The notes below the pieces were generated by a model that was given only the letters and a program-made list of their open reading frames with translations, searched no databases and was not told the origin of the DNA. From Leptogorgia sarmentosa (taxonomy: Eukaryota), in assembly GCA_964658305.1 (NCBI GenBank), contig OZ210884.1, positions 7,192,001 through 7,256,000 on the forward strand: a stretch of 64,000 nt of DNA, written 5' to 3'. The position numbers were made by a program, and so were the translations under genes. Shown here in pieces: positions 12,401-26,396 of this stretch; position 1 is the first letter of the stretch, and each line of letters starts with the position of its first letter.

Positions 12401-15400
12401 TTCTTTTCATTAAAAACGTTTTTCGGTACCCATTAATTCTGAAAAGTTGATTTCAAAATTACCTTTTGTTTTGAACGTTTTACTCTTCCTTTCGCCTTCA
12501 CCATTGATGTTCAATCCAAGAACACTGACTGTGTACTGCGTGTCTGGATTGAGGTTCTTAACAGCAACGGTGGTTATTTCGTCACCATGTTCTGTCCAAC
12601 TAAAGTTTCCTGGGCTTAAGATGACTTCGTAACCCTGAAGGATTCCGTTTGCCTTATCTGATCTAATTGGACTCCAATGTATGATCGTAGAGTTCGTTGT
12701 AATGTTATGAACGCTGACATTTTCAGGCGCTTCTGGCACTAAAATATCCAACCGATTTACTTGATAAATTTCCCCTTCAATTTTCAATGCGTAGGAAAAA
12801 ATGTGTGCTATGTTTAATGCAAGAGCCTTTAAGAATACAAAAATAATTTGCAGAACGTTCTATGAATTTGCTCCCGTTTTTCATTGGGATTTAAGTCAGT
12901 AATTCTGCGTAGGATTTTAATGCACAAAGATTGTAATGATATAAAAACATATCTCATAAAGTCTCTAAAATTGGCCTCAGAAACTTATTTCATTTGTACA
13001 GTTTGTAAAACAGTTATACTTACCCATATTGTTGACAAGCATTACCAAAGAAACAGACAGATTTCCAATTTTTCCCCCATTAATTGCATTTGTTAAATTA
13101 ATGATCTGATTTGATGAAGGGAATGTTATAGTGAACCACACAAGGACACTTCCTTCACTGTTGAATAAAAACAGAAATTTGATTCAAAATAAAATTGAGT
13201 CAAGTTGCTTAGACCACTCTAGCCAAAATGTAATTTTGCCTAGTGCGTTTCAACAGGCACTGAACGCAAGATCTTGCAACGTTAAGAATAACGTTAACAG
13301 TGGCATCTGTGATCTTATACGCGTACGAAACTATTGCAGTGAATCACAACTATTGCAGTGTTAGTTAAACCTAATTCACAATAATTATAAAGATTTCAAG
13401 GCATGCGTTTGTTTAATCACCAACCTGACGTTGTCAATCGTAATAGATACATTTGGTCCATAGAGTGCTCGCAACTAAAATATGAAAAAGATTTAGCAAA
13501 AAATTTCTTCATCTAATAGTAACTCATCCCCAATACTCATAGCTCATTTTTGCCCATTGATGCCGAAGGTTATATAGTATGATAACTTTACCTCTTTCAT
13601 TAGTTTTTGAACTAAGTCGGTATATGCTTCAGACGAAATGTTGTGGAAATCATCATTCCATTGAAAATCAGTCAAATTCAGGGAGACATTGAAAGTTGTT
13701 TCTATAAATGTTGAAAAAAGTATGTAATAAATTTGAGAGAATAGTGCAAGAAACGTGCAGGAACTAGTACTTGGTATCAAAGGCGCTTATTATATAAGGA
13801 TTATACTACTTGGAAAATACGCCCATTTTTTGGGCTTTGACCTTTCTTTAGCGTCCTATTTGCATTAAATGCGCCTGTGCAATTGACTTATCACACGATC
13901 CCTGTACATAGTTTAGAATTCTCCAAGATAAAGCACTGTAAATAATACCGCTACACACTTGCAAAAATTTCCAGTTTCAAAATGGTCCCAGGTTGAAATA
14001 TAGGTAATATACTGTAGCATGGAAATGACAGCTAGTAGGATTAAGTACTATATATCCTATTTGACTAGAACTCACCGTTGCATTTATAAAGATTACAAAT
14101 GGTGGTATTGATACCGGGTCCCAAATCATCACATTGGCCATGGCGAGAGCAGTTGCGGGTCTGATAAGTATAGCCACCTCCACAATCACGTGAACATTTT
14201 GACCAATTACTCCATTGATGATAGTACGGTGGAATCCTCACTGAGCTAGATATTACTGGAGTGATGGATGTCTTCGTTGGTTTGATTTTTGCCGTAGTCA
14301 TATCACTAGTGTTAACATTTATTGAAGCACTTGCACCACTGATTAATGACATGGTAGGGGTTAGCATTCGGGACGATGTATGATGATTGATGGATGTGGA
14401 AATTCTATTGCTTGCCGAATGCTCAGTGGTGTGACTTTTATTCAATGAAGGTAATTTTGTTGTTTGAGAAGGCAATGCCTTCGCTGATATGGTACTTACA
14501 ACAGCTGAGCTGTTTAATTTTGGCGTAATTTCAAGTGAGTGTTGTATTATGGTCGTTGCTGTTGAGTGGGAAGGTCCAATTTCTGAAGAAGAAGGGGGAT
14601 TTTTATTATTATCCACGAAAGCAGTTGAAGACTGAAAACTTGCTGATTGTACGCGAGAGGTGCTTGTTGATTTGCGTGCATGACTGGAGTGAGTTGTAGT
14701 GGAGACAGCAGTATGAGGATGAAGTGTAGAAGTGGTGGCGTCCATCAAGAATTTTGAAGAAGCCCCATGCTCTTGTACTTCCGTCGTAAGAGAATCGCGG
14801 ATAACATGGGAAACATGCACAGACGAAATCTGGCTAGATGTTGTTAACGGAAGATTTTGTAGACTTGATTCACTTGAAGACTTTGACGACATCATTTTTG
14901 TAACGGAAGTTGAATGTGCAATAAATACACTGCTTGGAGTTGGATTTTGGTTTGAAATTTCTGTGCTCTGGGCAACTTTGGCAGTCAAAATGGTAGAGCT
15001 TGAAGTAACGCCATTTGTTTCAGTTTTTCTTTTTGAAAGCATGGGACTTGTGTTGCTTGTACTGACATGTTTTATGTTCAGACTTGAAGAAGAATCAGTG
15101 TTTTTGCTGTCTGGAATGCTAGTGCCCGGATGAAATGTCGAAGCAACATTACTGACAACTGAAGACTTACGTGTATCCAATGAAGAAGTTGATGTCATTG
15201 ATTTGCCTTTGCTCGTAGTTTTGAAGTTATGAAACATTGAAGATGCTGTAACTTGGACAGGACGATTGCTGGTAGGCATGTTCTTGGTCTCAGGTGAGGA
15301 GTACTCATTCATTTGGGATGTTGGTAAAGTGTTGCTGGTTGATTGGACACCGGTCTCCGTTGTTTTGGTTGTTTGTACTCCTGCAAGTTTTGAGGATTCG

Positions 15401-17499
15401 TCGGATGAACTTTGTGCACTCTGAACAGTGGCAAATGAATTTGTTTGTTTCATGGTTGACTGAAGGTTGTGAGTCCCCATAACGCTCAAAACTGATGAGG
15501 TTTTCTGTTCTTGTGCCGCTGGTTTCAGCGTCGAAATTGTTGAAGTAACACTGACATGATGAGTTGTACGAATACTCTTCAATTTTGACAATATAGGCGT
15601 TCTTTTCGTCTCTATAAAAAGAAATTTGTGACTATAAACGAAAGGTTTTGAGCTGGGCATTTACAGCCTGTAAAATTTATAACTGACGGTTTTAACGTCT
15701 TTTATATATAGATATTGAAATAAGCGGTCAAGCTGAAAGTATGATCATGCCGCTGAACAAGCAAGTTATGCACGGTAATCTAAAACCTAGCAGAACTATT
15801 GAAATTATATTATGTAATAAGATCTGGTGCAAATTCTCATATCAGTACTGTACTGTTTTGAGCAATTTAAGCAATAAATTTGTGATGCAATGTTTGCAAC
15901 GTCATTGAAAGACAAGTTGGCTTAACACGCTATTTGCTAAAAATGTGGAAAGCGCAATTAACCGATTTGTATTTCTTGTGTAATATATTGATAATGTAGC
16001 TTGCAAACAATATTTTTAGTGACGTTTTAAAATGTTTGAGTTATTGGACCTGATGTGTTGTTGAGAATTGGCGGGTAGCAGAGTCCAATTATTGCAAATG
16101 TTGAATTAATAAATATTAGTTATCCTTTATCGTAGCCTTTTAGCGGCATTAGCACTGCGGGTCACACTGGAAATTGTCTCGCAAGCTGCATCTCATTATC
16201 ACAGCATCAGCAACGCGCTGTCTCCCTAACAACATATTATATACTATTATGGCTTTATTCTAGGATTATGTTTAGAGAAAAGGTACGGTTATAGTCAATA
16301 ACTACATACATCACCGTTGTAACTCAGAAGAAACTAGAAAATTCAAACAAAATAACGAGGGCGTTGTGGTTTCTAAAAATAATTCCCTGACGAGGCGTTA
16401 TCAGCTTTTGTCATATCAACAGTATTTTATTAAGTGTCGTGAAGTAGTATTAGTTGAAGATAACGCAATAGAGAGCAGGTAATTCACTGCGTAACCTATT
16501 AAGCATGGCGTCTCTTTTTTGCTTTATTGTGCCTCGCGAGAATTAACACGCGAGTTTCCATTACCGACTAATACGTTTCGAAGAAATAACATGTTCAGTT
16601 TATTTTGGTGATAATCACTTTAGCGCTTCAGTCCATGAAGTCGTTATGCTTACGTGACACCGCCCCTAAAAGACTGTCGAATTTTAACAGATCTAGATCT
16701 AATATAGGAGAACGTTCCCATGATCATTCGGCCGTATAAAGTCTTATATAGTCCATGCGATAAGGAGAAAAGGAGTAGTTTGTAAAGAAAAAACGGAGTA
16801 GTATCACTTGTTAGTTTTAGCCTGTAACTTTAGATATTAGCCTGTTTGACATGAGAAAACTTTAACAATCTAAAATAAAAGCTGCCTAAAATGTTGTGGA
16901 CATAATTTGAATTAATGGTTTAATGCATGTGCGACAAGATTTAACGGAGAATTTTCAATTTCAGACATTACTACATAGCCATTTAAAAATCCAAGAAAAT
17001 GAAAAGTGCGTTGACGTTTACATCAAACTTTAATCTTGCAATTGCGCTACTATTTCCGGACTAATGTCAACGGGAAAGCTACAATAAGCAACTGTGACTG
17101 TAAGAAGACAAGAAAAAGAGAAGAAAACGGTGACTTACCATGAAGGGTTGAAGTTTTTATTTGTTCTTCAACAAGGGAACTTGTTTTCAGCGATTGTATT
17201 GATGTTTTCTCATCTTTTTCTAGTTTTACTTTTGTTGATTCTGTGTCGTCGGAGTCGTTGCTAACAACTCTGTATATAGCATAACTTAATCCCCCGAGAA
17301 TTAACAGCAAAATTAACACCAAAAACACAATTTTTCTTGCTTGTATAGCTCGACGATGATTGTGTCTTGCTTGTTGTGCTGATTGTCGAGAAAGATCTCT
17401 AGTTTCAGAGCTCATATTTGAAGCATTCGTAATACCACTACGAAAGCTGTTTGCTGGGCTTCCCTTTCGCGACACCAAATTGTCGAACGACGTCGACAT
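6466..17499 (-). CDS. Large membrane mucin-like protein: TM-mucin-TSP1-SEA-FN3-TSP1-SEA-4xFN3-mucin-SEA-TM-cytoplasmic tail (~1794 aa, 17 exons)
   Basis: Exons 17499-17139, 15611-14076, 13701-13592, 13474-13425, 13157-13024, 12738-12463, 12260-12099, 11896-11787, 11663-11617, 11338-11199, 10770-10471, 10234-9944, 9487-9197, 8904-8620, 8347-8213, 7974-6948, 6595-6466. All are GT-AG and phase-compatible, totalling 5385 nt. TSP1 motifs WSNWSKCSRDCGGG and WGDWNNCSRDCGGG; SEA GSV motifs; FN3 W...GY...L.P.T.Y patterns. Confidence 0.8.
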
Positions 17500-19660
17500 T
17501 TTTCGGCCAAATTATTTCTCAAGTCGTTTGCCCCGTAAAAACAACTATATGTAATTTTAGGCAAGTTTTTAGTCCGCTTGCGCCAACTGCAATGTCAAAT
17601 TTGAAAGTTACTCATGAATTTGTATCGTTCGTTTCCTTGGTTTCGTTGCAAAATATTTCGTTTTTAATAAATAAACCAAAGCTAAGGCTTAGCAGCGCAT
17701 CTGTTTGCAGGTCATCTTCAAAATAATTAACCGCAAATTATTTTCATTGGTTGACTCTCAGGCACCAGCTGTCAATATTTTGGCAGAACTTCATTAGCAT
17801 CAATAAATGGACACGGGGGGCATTGCGTTGTCTAAACGTTTTTGAATAAAAAGCACTTTTTGTCATCAACTACATCTGTTGACGATTACAGTGCTACTTT
17901 TAAAATCGAATATGAATCCTAACAAAGTCATTTGCACTGAGACATCATTTCACCGAAACCAAGCTATATATATATAATGAAGTTCGATCCTTTCCCTATA
18001 TAAAATTATACCGCTACTTAGGCTTCAGGTCGCTTTAAAGCCTTTGAAAGTTGCATGCATGAGAGTGTCTATTCTTATGTAAATTTACACTGCGGACCGA
18101 TTTTAGACTATTTTTTACTTTTTAAAAAGCTATCGGTTTTTTATATCGTGCTCTCCATCTTTAATTTCAGTTATATATAATTATATTGAGCGTAGGCCAT
18201 GCGTTGCGAACTATAGCATTGTTAACTTCAACTTTCTGTTTCATTTCTTTTTGTTTCTCAGGTTTTGTTATAGAAATTTGAATCCGCAAAACCTACACCG
18301 GCCACATCTTATTCAGTATATACTAACTTATCATGTGTCACGCCATCAATCAAATGTAATAGATTGTTGTGTTTTGTTGAACGCTAAACAGACTACTTTT
18401 TTAAGAACAATTACATTGATATAATACAGTTATGGAAGGAGAGGGCCGGTATGGCAGATATGGGGTCCTGGCGGAAGATACAGATACAAGTAACTGAATT
18501 TCAGTTACAGAAATGGGGAGGGACACGAATTCATATATTCATGTCTTGTATTATTATATAATTTATTTCTAGATCAAATATTTTAAAGTCTGTCCCCCCC
18601 CCCTCCCCCTCCTGATTGATGTTCCGTGGCAGCTGGAACAACAGCGGTGGAAAAAAAGGTTTAGGTAGATCAAAGTGTTATTTTTAAATTGTAAGTGATT
18701 GTAATTATAAGAAGTGAAGAAATTTATAGTCCCATGGATGTATATAATGCCGAGAATTTAAATCGGAATAATCGAAATAATATCAAATCATATTTAGGGA
18801 TTTAAAATAAAATCATTCTCTCGTTCACAAACCTGGGTTAAAAAATAAGATGGTTTAATTAAAAAGAAATGCTGGTTTTATCCAATTAGCATGGGAAATT
18901 CAGAGCAAAATTTTCTTCATTCCTGTGAGACGAAGACTACATGGTGTATATTAATCGTCGCATGATTTATTCTTCACTGGAAAACGCCGCTCTCGGCCCA
19001 ATCTGACACGGTTCAAAGGCGTTACCTTGGCGTTGAAACCGTTGGCAGCTTAAGTTCGCTAATGTTTGGACAGAAGGTCACGTTGGGTGCCTAGGTAATT
19101 TTTAGCAACTGCGTAGAGAGGTCAAGATTCGAAAATTTCATTCGATTCATCTCTTGAAAAGTTTATTTGATGTAAGAGACCGGAACTGACGTCAGAAAGT
19201 TCTCATGTCTTATTGGTCAATTCAATATTGATCTACTGAACGTCAGATTAGCGCATTTGGGTTTCCGGGCTAGGTTTTAGCTACGCACCGTTTAATATAT
19301 TATCGGCGTTTCGAAGAAATAAACATCATTTGAGAAGGGTACATCAAACGTACCGTAACGACTTGCTGTTCGCATTAGTACTACGTATTGCGTTTTGGTA
19401 AGTGTTGGAGTAAACTTAAATGGCATTGATAAAGATATTAACATTTATATATATTTTTCTATGGAATTTGACGACATGAAACATGTACGTGATGCTAATG
19501 TGGGACAGAACGTCCCAATTAATACCTTTGTCGGTGCAAGAACAAATATAATTGATACGTACCTCCCCATATTTCACAATTTAAGTTGGTAACATTGGTA
19601 AAATCCTTTAATTATGATCATAATTCAGATGCAACTTTTTTGTTTAGATTTTAATGAAAT

Positions 19661-22600
19661 ATGCCTTCGTGTGTGAATATTATTTTGTCAGCCATCTCCC
19701 TGCTGAATTTCGTCATCAACGTTCAAGCCAGGTAATAACATTTTTAAACGTCCCATCAGCACTTGAATCACCACCTTTTAAACCACATTTTTAGAGCAAT
19801 CTTCCTTTACAGTAGACAGACTTTCTATGGTTCAGGGAAATGATTAAGACCACAATTACTGAATATAGCGATCCATTCTCTAGATCTCATTGATGTTCAT
19901 TTACATAACCTTACAATTTACGTGAACTACAGAGATCAATGGGATGTTCATATTTTAATGAAAACATACATTTACTTCATTTTATCCTTTTGTGATGTTC
20001 TCCTTACTCTTAGCTCAATGCGTCATTTATGATTGACAAGTGCAATAAAGAGACCTCTGAGGTTGAAAAACAACTCGTTGCTCTTTTAATAAAAGAGCGA
20101 CTTTTAATATGTCGATTAAGATATGTTTTAAGAATATTCGAAATCAATGGGACAAAAGCACTAATGAGTTTTGCATATACTGTAAATAACTTAACCTTTC
20201 GGCCGCGGTTCGTAAACTATAGTTAAAATATTGTTAGATATAGGCAAACATACTGGGTAACATTTTGTTATTCAAGCTGCTTTATCATTATCCAGCTGGT
20301 TAATACTAATTAAAAATGATCTATATATTTGCTGGCTCGTCTCAAGCTGTAGATATTAAAAAACAATATTGATGAAATTTTAAGAAAGAAAATTAATGAA
20401 AATATTAATGAATCGGATTCCATAAACTTCATATTAATTATTATTCTCAAAATTCGTCTTTAATTTGAAGGTAATGTTTATTTTAATTATCATGCTGTTG
20501 AAACAACACAATTCTCATTTAGGATTCATATGTGACGCCATATTTTTGAGTTGGGGGTTGGCTCCAAATATAGACACGACACGTCGTTGGAGTGAGAGAC
20601 GTGTGCATTGTATGTGTTGGCCTTATGCTTTGTAGCAAATAAATGCCATTTCGAATTTGAGGCTGAACCTCATTCTGCAATTCAATTTCAAATGAAAAAT
20701 GCTAATTGAAACCCGCTAATATCACAGGGGTTTTTTTGCATTTCAAATGCTTTTCAGAACACCATAGTTGGTGGCAATGGTGTTAATATGACGATTTATC
20801 CTTCATTTTTAGCCAAGATTCAAAACCCATGATCTTTCAGATGAATATAGCTACTATAAAAAGCTCCAAGTTTCATAGTTCGTCACATAAATAAAATTAA
20901 TTTGTTTTGGTGTGATTTTTGAATGACATGACTAAAAATTAATAATCTGGATGATCACTGAAGAGTTTTACTAGTTTCAATAAACTAAAACGTTAAGGGC
21001 AAAATCGATAATTTACTTCAAATCATAGCGTTGTGACAACAGTTAATTACGTTTCAATGATAGTAACTAAGATCCTCACATGCAGATTTCAATTATGAAC
21101 ACGATATTAGAAACTTTCATTGCTTTTTTGTTTAAGATCTTTCGAATATGTAAAAATGATATAATAATTCCTCATTAATTAAAGCTGTAAGTCACATACG
21201 AATAATTGAAATGATGCATGCATGTTTTTAATAGCTTGAAGTTTTTTGTAGCACTTTTGACTTCAACGACGCATGCAATAAAATCTGGTCTCAAGACGTC
21301 AATCGTATTTCCCTCGGTTGGCACTATCGAGTGAATCTCCAGGGGCGTATATACGACGCATCATCTAATGCTGACAAAGCATACTCGCCGCTGTTCTCTT
21401 ACATGGATCAAAATGTCTTTACGAAGCCAACATTCAAACATTTTATTGGTAAGTACTAATGATCCCTAACTCAAATGATGTTGTGATGTACAATATTATT
21501 TGGTTTGGTGATTACACAGACGCGTGTGCAAATGAAAATTTACGATTGAATTTCTGGTCATGAAGAAAAAGGAACCCGCGTAAATTAACTAATTATATGC
21601 ATTGGATGAAAATTTTATTAACAATAATGTAATTATTATTCACATTAGTTTGATGAACTTGATATTTCTGTACATCTGAGATTTCATATTTTGTGCACAG
21701 TATAAGTAAAAGCAAAACAGGATAAAAGTACTGTGATACAACGAAGCAATCCTGTTTTTTGGGGGACACCCCGTACTAGTGGCCTCGCAAGTTTTGTTTC
21801 TGAATTAATTCTCGTTGTTTTGCCACGTTATCTATTTTCAGCTCTGTTGAATAACTACAATCGCTTTGTCGGGAATACTGAGCACATGAGTGAAACAGAA
21901 AAACAAGAAACTTGGTCATTCATGCGAGCAATTTCTTCGACAGGACCAATTAAAGAGCTCCACAAATATCTGGTGAAGAAAGGATTAGCACCAACATCAT
22001 TGGTATATTTAAATGCTTATTTTCTGGAGACATTATCTATCCAACAATGCGGCAATTTACAGAGATTTTCCAACATGAAAGGACGGGATGTGTCAATTCT
22101 AAAATATATTGTTACTTATATTGAAAATAATATGTATATGTATATATAAAATCTAATGTATATATAATGCCACTATTTTCAGGTATATGAATTTTGTTAT
22201 GGATTTTTCAAACGCAGTTTTAGTTCGTGCATTATTTCCTTAAAAATAGGTGCTCCGGACTCATAATCATCGCGTAGAACTGCTGCATTCGATGATAAAC
22301 AAGTATTGGCATTTTATCACTGCGTGCATATTTATTGAAGTAATGTGACTGATATGTATATATTTACTAGAACTCCTTCATAAACGAAATGTACAAGATG
22401 TGGTTCTATCGATACAGACGAGCTAAATGGCGGGATTCTTCAGGTTTTGAGCACGTTTTTCTTGGTGAAATCTCTCGAGATGTGGTGACTGGTTTCCATA
22501 ACTGGATTCAACTTTATCACCTCGAGCGTAAAAATGAATTAGACTATCGTGGTTTTCTGAAATATTATAACGTGGAGGTAATTAAGTAATTATGGACAAC

Positions 22601-23476
22601 TCATTTTTCAACTTGAATGGAATCCATACATAATTATAATTATATAGACAGTTTACTACTTAGCGTACTTTGACGTTACGAAAAAGTTGTTGTATGCTCG
22701 TTTCGTTTGAGGACTACCCCCCCCCCCCCCCGTCAAGAAAGTTAATCAATGCATCGGTGAAAGCTGAGAAAAAATGTAAACGTAATTCTGAAAAGAAAAA
22801 TACTGTTATCATTGCTGTTCATTCTTCCTGAAAGATGTTTATGTAAGACGCCAAAGATGCCATTTCCGGGTTATGTTTTCATGTTACGTACACTAATTCA
22901 TTTTTATCCATTTCTATCACTGGCCTATCCCCCCACAGTAACATTGACTTCAAGGTTAGTGCCTAACCCTATCCCCATCTAACCCTAACCGTCTTTGTGA
23001 CAGCGTAACCTGAAAGTATAACCCATTTCCAACCGTCTAGAGATTCCAAATTCGTACACTTTTCTCGCTCAGGCTCAGCGCAACCATGATGGTGGCGGCT
23101 CCTGACACCTTGTGAGCTGCGCTCCCCACCCATATTTAACCATTTCCATCGCTCTGTTGACGTACGTATCATGCAGGCTTAATAAATTTTATCTGCTGGC
23201 GACACCCCCTGTTACTCTGTCACTGATCAAGAATGATTTTCTTGTTTTTAGCCAAGTCGCATGAAACTGCAGATATTCTGGGGAGATTACAAGAAGATTG
23301 TGACAAGTTTATTCCTCGGAACAAGCCCAGAATTTGACATGGCTCTCTATACACTGTGTTTTTTGGTGAATCCAGGAAAGTCATGTTCTTGCAGAATCAA
23401 TGGTGAAGACATCCCTATCACCACTCATGGATACTATGGAGGAAAATTTGTAGGCTCTGCCTATTTGAGGATATAA
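19661..23476 (+). CDS. ENDOU: Poly(U)-specific endoribonuclease, EndoU/XendoU family, with signal peptide
   Basis: Exons 19661-19731 (MPSCVNIILSAISLLNFVINVQA), 21252-21448, 21842-22002, 22371-22577, 23252-23476; hallmark motifs DSSGFEHVFLGE, GFHNW, GTSPEFDMALYTLCF. Confidence 0.9.
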
Positions 23477-24053
23477 ACACAGTTTCAAGTAGAAAATGAT
23501 GAGATGTGATTAAAATATTTAAAACTGGAAAAAAATTATGTGTTCTATTATTTCTTTTATAAGTTTTATGCCACATTCTTTCATGTTATGCCTCAAATTC
23601 AAATTGTCCTCATTGGAGAATATGAAATTGAAGTATAATATTTGTACGTGTATATGGTATGGTTCAAAATGTTGTATGTTACCATACAACATTTTGACAT
23701 ATGTTACCATTCTTTGTGCGAGTTCTGGCTAGCAAAATTTCATGGATTATATAATAGTAGCAGTTTTCACTTGCTGTCTGGTTGCATTTTCTGCAAATAA
23801 AATACGTTCCACTCGAAACTTTGTTTCATTTAATTAAGTTGAATATTAACTTTTATACAGCTACAGTACATGGTTCATGCTTAATTCTGTCACAGGTCAT
23901 CAGGTCGTTTTGTTGATGATATCATAAAAAGCTCTTAAAATAAGATCTTCTGGAAATATGCACATTGAAACGGATACTAATTTAGAAAACATGAAATTGA
24001 AGCCAATTAATAATTTAAACCAATGTTGTTTAAAGACAATCGTGTCGTTATAT

Positions 24054-26396
24054 TTAAGGGCAACCAGTATAAAGTTCTATCCTCATAGCTGGGTAGTTCA
24101 CATAAGACTGCGGGTTGATTTTGATGTAGCGAGCAATAACTAGACTGTTGAAACCATGAGTGACCACAGTTGTTCGATCTGTGTTTCCAATGAAAACCTT
24201 TTGGAAAAAAAATGTATACGCATTAAAAAAAATAATATACATATATTATATTTTAGTATACACCCAACCATCGTCTATTACAAATGCTACATTCTGATTG
24301 GCTACTCAGCCGTCGTCTATTCTGTGATAGACCACGGTTCGCGAAAAAGCAAAGGAAAACAATATGGCTACTGCAGAAAACTCGCGTTTTGCTGAGGTTT
24401 CTGAAGAATTTTCTTGATGTAAATAGTTCTGGGCATAGAGTGTATACTAAAGGTGCAAAACGATCACATATCAGAAGTCCTTCATCAACAGATCAACCAG
24501 GGCATGGAACATCCTACCTGATGAACTTAGAAATCATTCTTTAACATTACAAAGATTTAAAACCCTGCTCTATGATTATGAATATTACACTACTGCTTTA
24601 GACTTAAACTATGATCCAGAAAACCCTCGGACATGGAAATCAATATGCTTAAAATGCAATACCGCCCGTAGCCTTGCTACACAATTTTCTTGTTGTTATT
24701 GACATCTCTGTATTGTTAATGTATTTCAACTTATGTAAGTGTTTATGTGTAGAATTTTTGTTAAAAGGGCCCACAGTAATTGGTATATAGACTGTTGTGG
24801 TGACCCTGCTACTATTTCTGTGGCAAAGTTAAATAAATAAATAAATAAAAACAATTAGACAACTCGGCCTTGTTGTCTATTCGCTCATAGACAACTCGGC
24901 CTCGCTGTCTAATTGTTAAATATTATATATTCAATTGATGACCATGCATAGCAATCCCTAACAGTGATGGATATTCAGTGAGAAGCATATATTTTAAAAG
25001 TATCGCGCACAAAGCGTGTTTGAAACGAAAGTAGATTTAGTAACCAACCTTTGTGCTGCCAGATTCCTCGAAAAATTCCCAATTTTCGCCATCAATACTG
25101 TAGGAAACAGTATAGGATGTCACCCATTCAAAGAGATCGATAGCACAATTGCCTTGTATGGCTACCCCGGTCACTGACACGATGTTTCCCAAATCGACTT
25201 GGAACCATGCATTGTCCCTTCCTTCTTTTGTTGTTGTCCATGCGCACCTAGCTCCATGAAAATGTACATTTAATCTACCATTGCCAGGCACGTATCTTGA
25301 GTCATAGAAGGACGACGCCGTGATGGCACTGTCTAATATCTTTCCACTTTCCATCCCCAATGCTTTGCACAAACCTGCGAAAAAATGTTAACTGATATCA
25401 GGCAAAAAATTATTGTTTCCAAAGGCGTGCTAAATTTCAGCTGTCTTGATCGCATGTGCTAGAACCATTGGGAAGAACGTAGCTACTAATCGCTATAATC
25501 TTCCTCTATATAAGTTGGGTTGGGAAATATCATGGAATATGAATAATATTATCTTGCAAAGTTCACACGGTTATATTTCTCGCATTTCACAACATTTTTT
25601 CAACCAACGTTGCAGTGTTACTAACTTTAGACTTCATGTAGAGTTAACGTATCATGACGTTAGAATTTTGATATTACTGTTAGTATAGTTTTGGTATTAG
25701 ATATGAACCAAGACATTAAGAACCAAGCAGGAATGAAAATTAACAAGGATATAAAACTTAATTTACCTTTGACAGGATTTACGCATGCGTATGAAGCTTC
25801 ACGTTGTAGATCAATGCACCAAAATCCTTCAGGACATGGATTAGTGTCGCACTTTGTCTACGAAATACAAAATCTCAAATAAGAGAAATCTTCACTGGCG
25901 AGATTGAACAACCTTCTAGATTGCCTTTTTCAACAATTTCCTGAAGCAACACCTCGTTGCAATAACTGGTTGGTCTGTTTAAATAAAACATGTACTGTAA
26001 CTGTATACTAGTATCCTAGTATCATACCTTAGGTCCAGCATAGGTCCAGTCTGGACTCACAATGAAATTTGCGTTTGATGACGAGTATCGTTTGACGTCT
26101 AACAGTTCACATTCTTTCTCTCCGTTTTGTGAAGGACCAAGATTTATAGCAACACATCCCTTGGTTTTACCACACTCTATCATACATTTGAAATGATTCG
26201 TTTTTCTAGTCGTGGCTATTGGAGTTACATTAAGTTTGTGCCCAGCCAGAGGTAAACCCCAATTTATCGCTTTCAGATTTGAGTATTTTATATATGAAAC
26301 ATTGGCACTTGATAGAGCAAAAAGTTGCCAAAAGATGCAGAAAATCAGCGCCATAATGCTTCGGACTGACATGTCTTGCAAAACGCACTGCTTCAT
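24054..26396 (-). CDS. Secreted PAN/apple-like + short EGF-like + F5/8 type C (discoidin) protein, paralogue A
   Basis: Exons 26396(or 26372)-26028, 25857-25767, 25374-25049, 24197-24054; CMIEC...CVAIN...CELL pattern; LGMESGKI..ITASS, WFQVDLG, RYIKINP, MRIELYTGC. Confidence 0.85.

Noticed and set aside
22960..22992. CCCTAA telomere-like motifs
   Set aside because: Only two or three degenerate units inside an intron; not a telomeric array.
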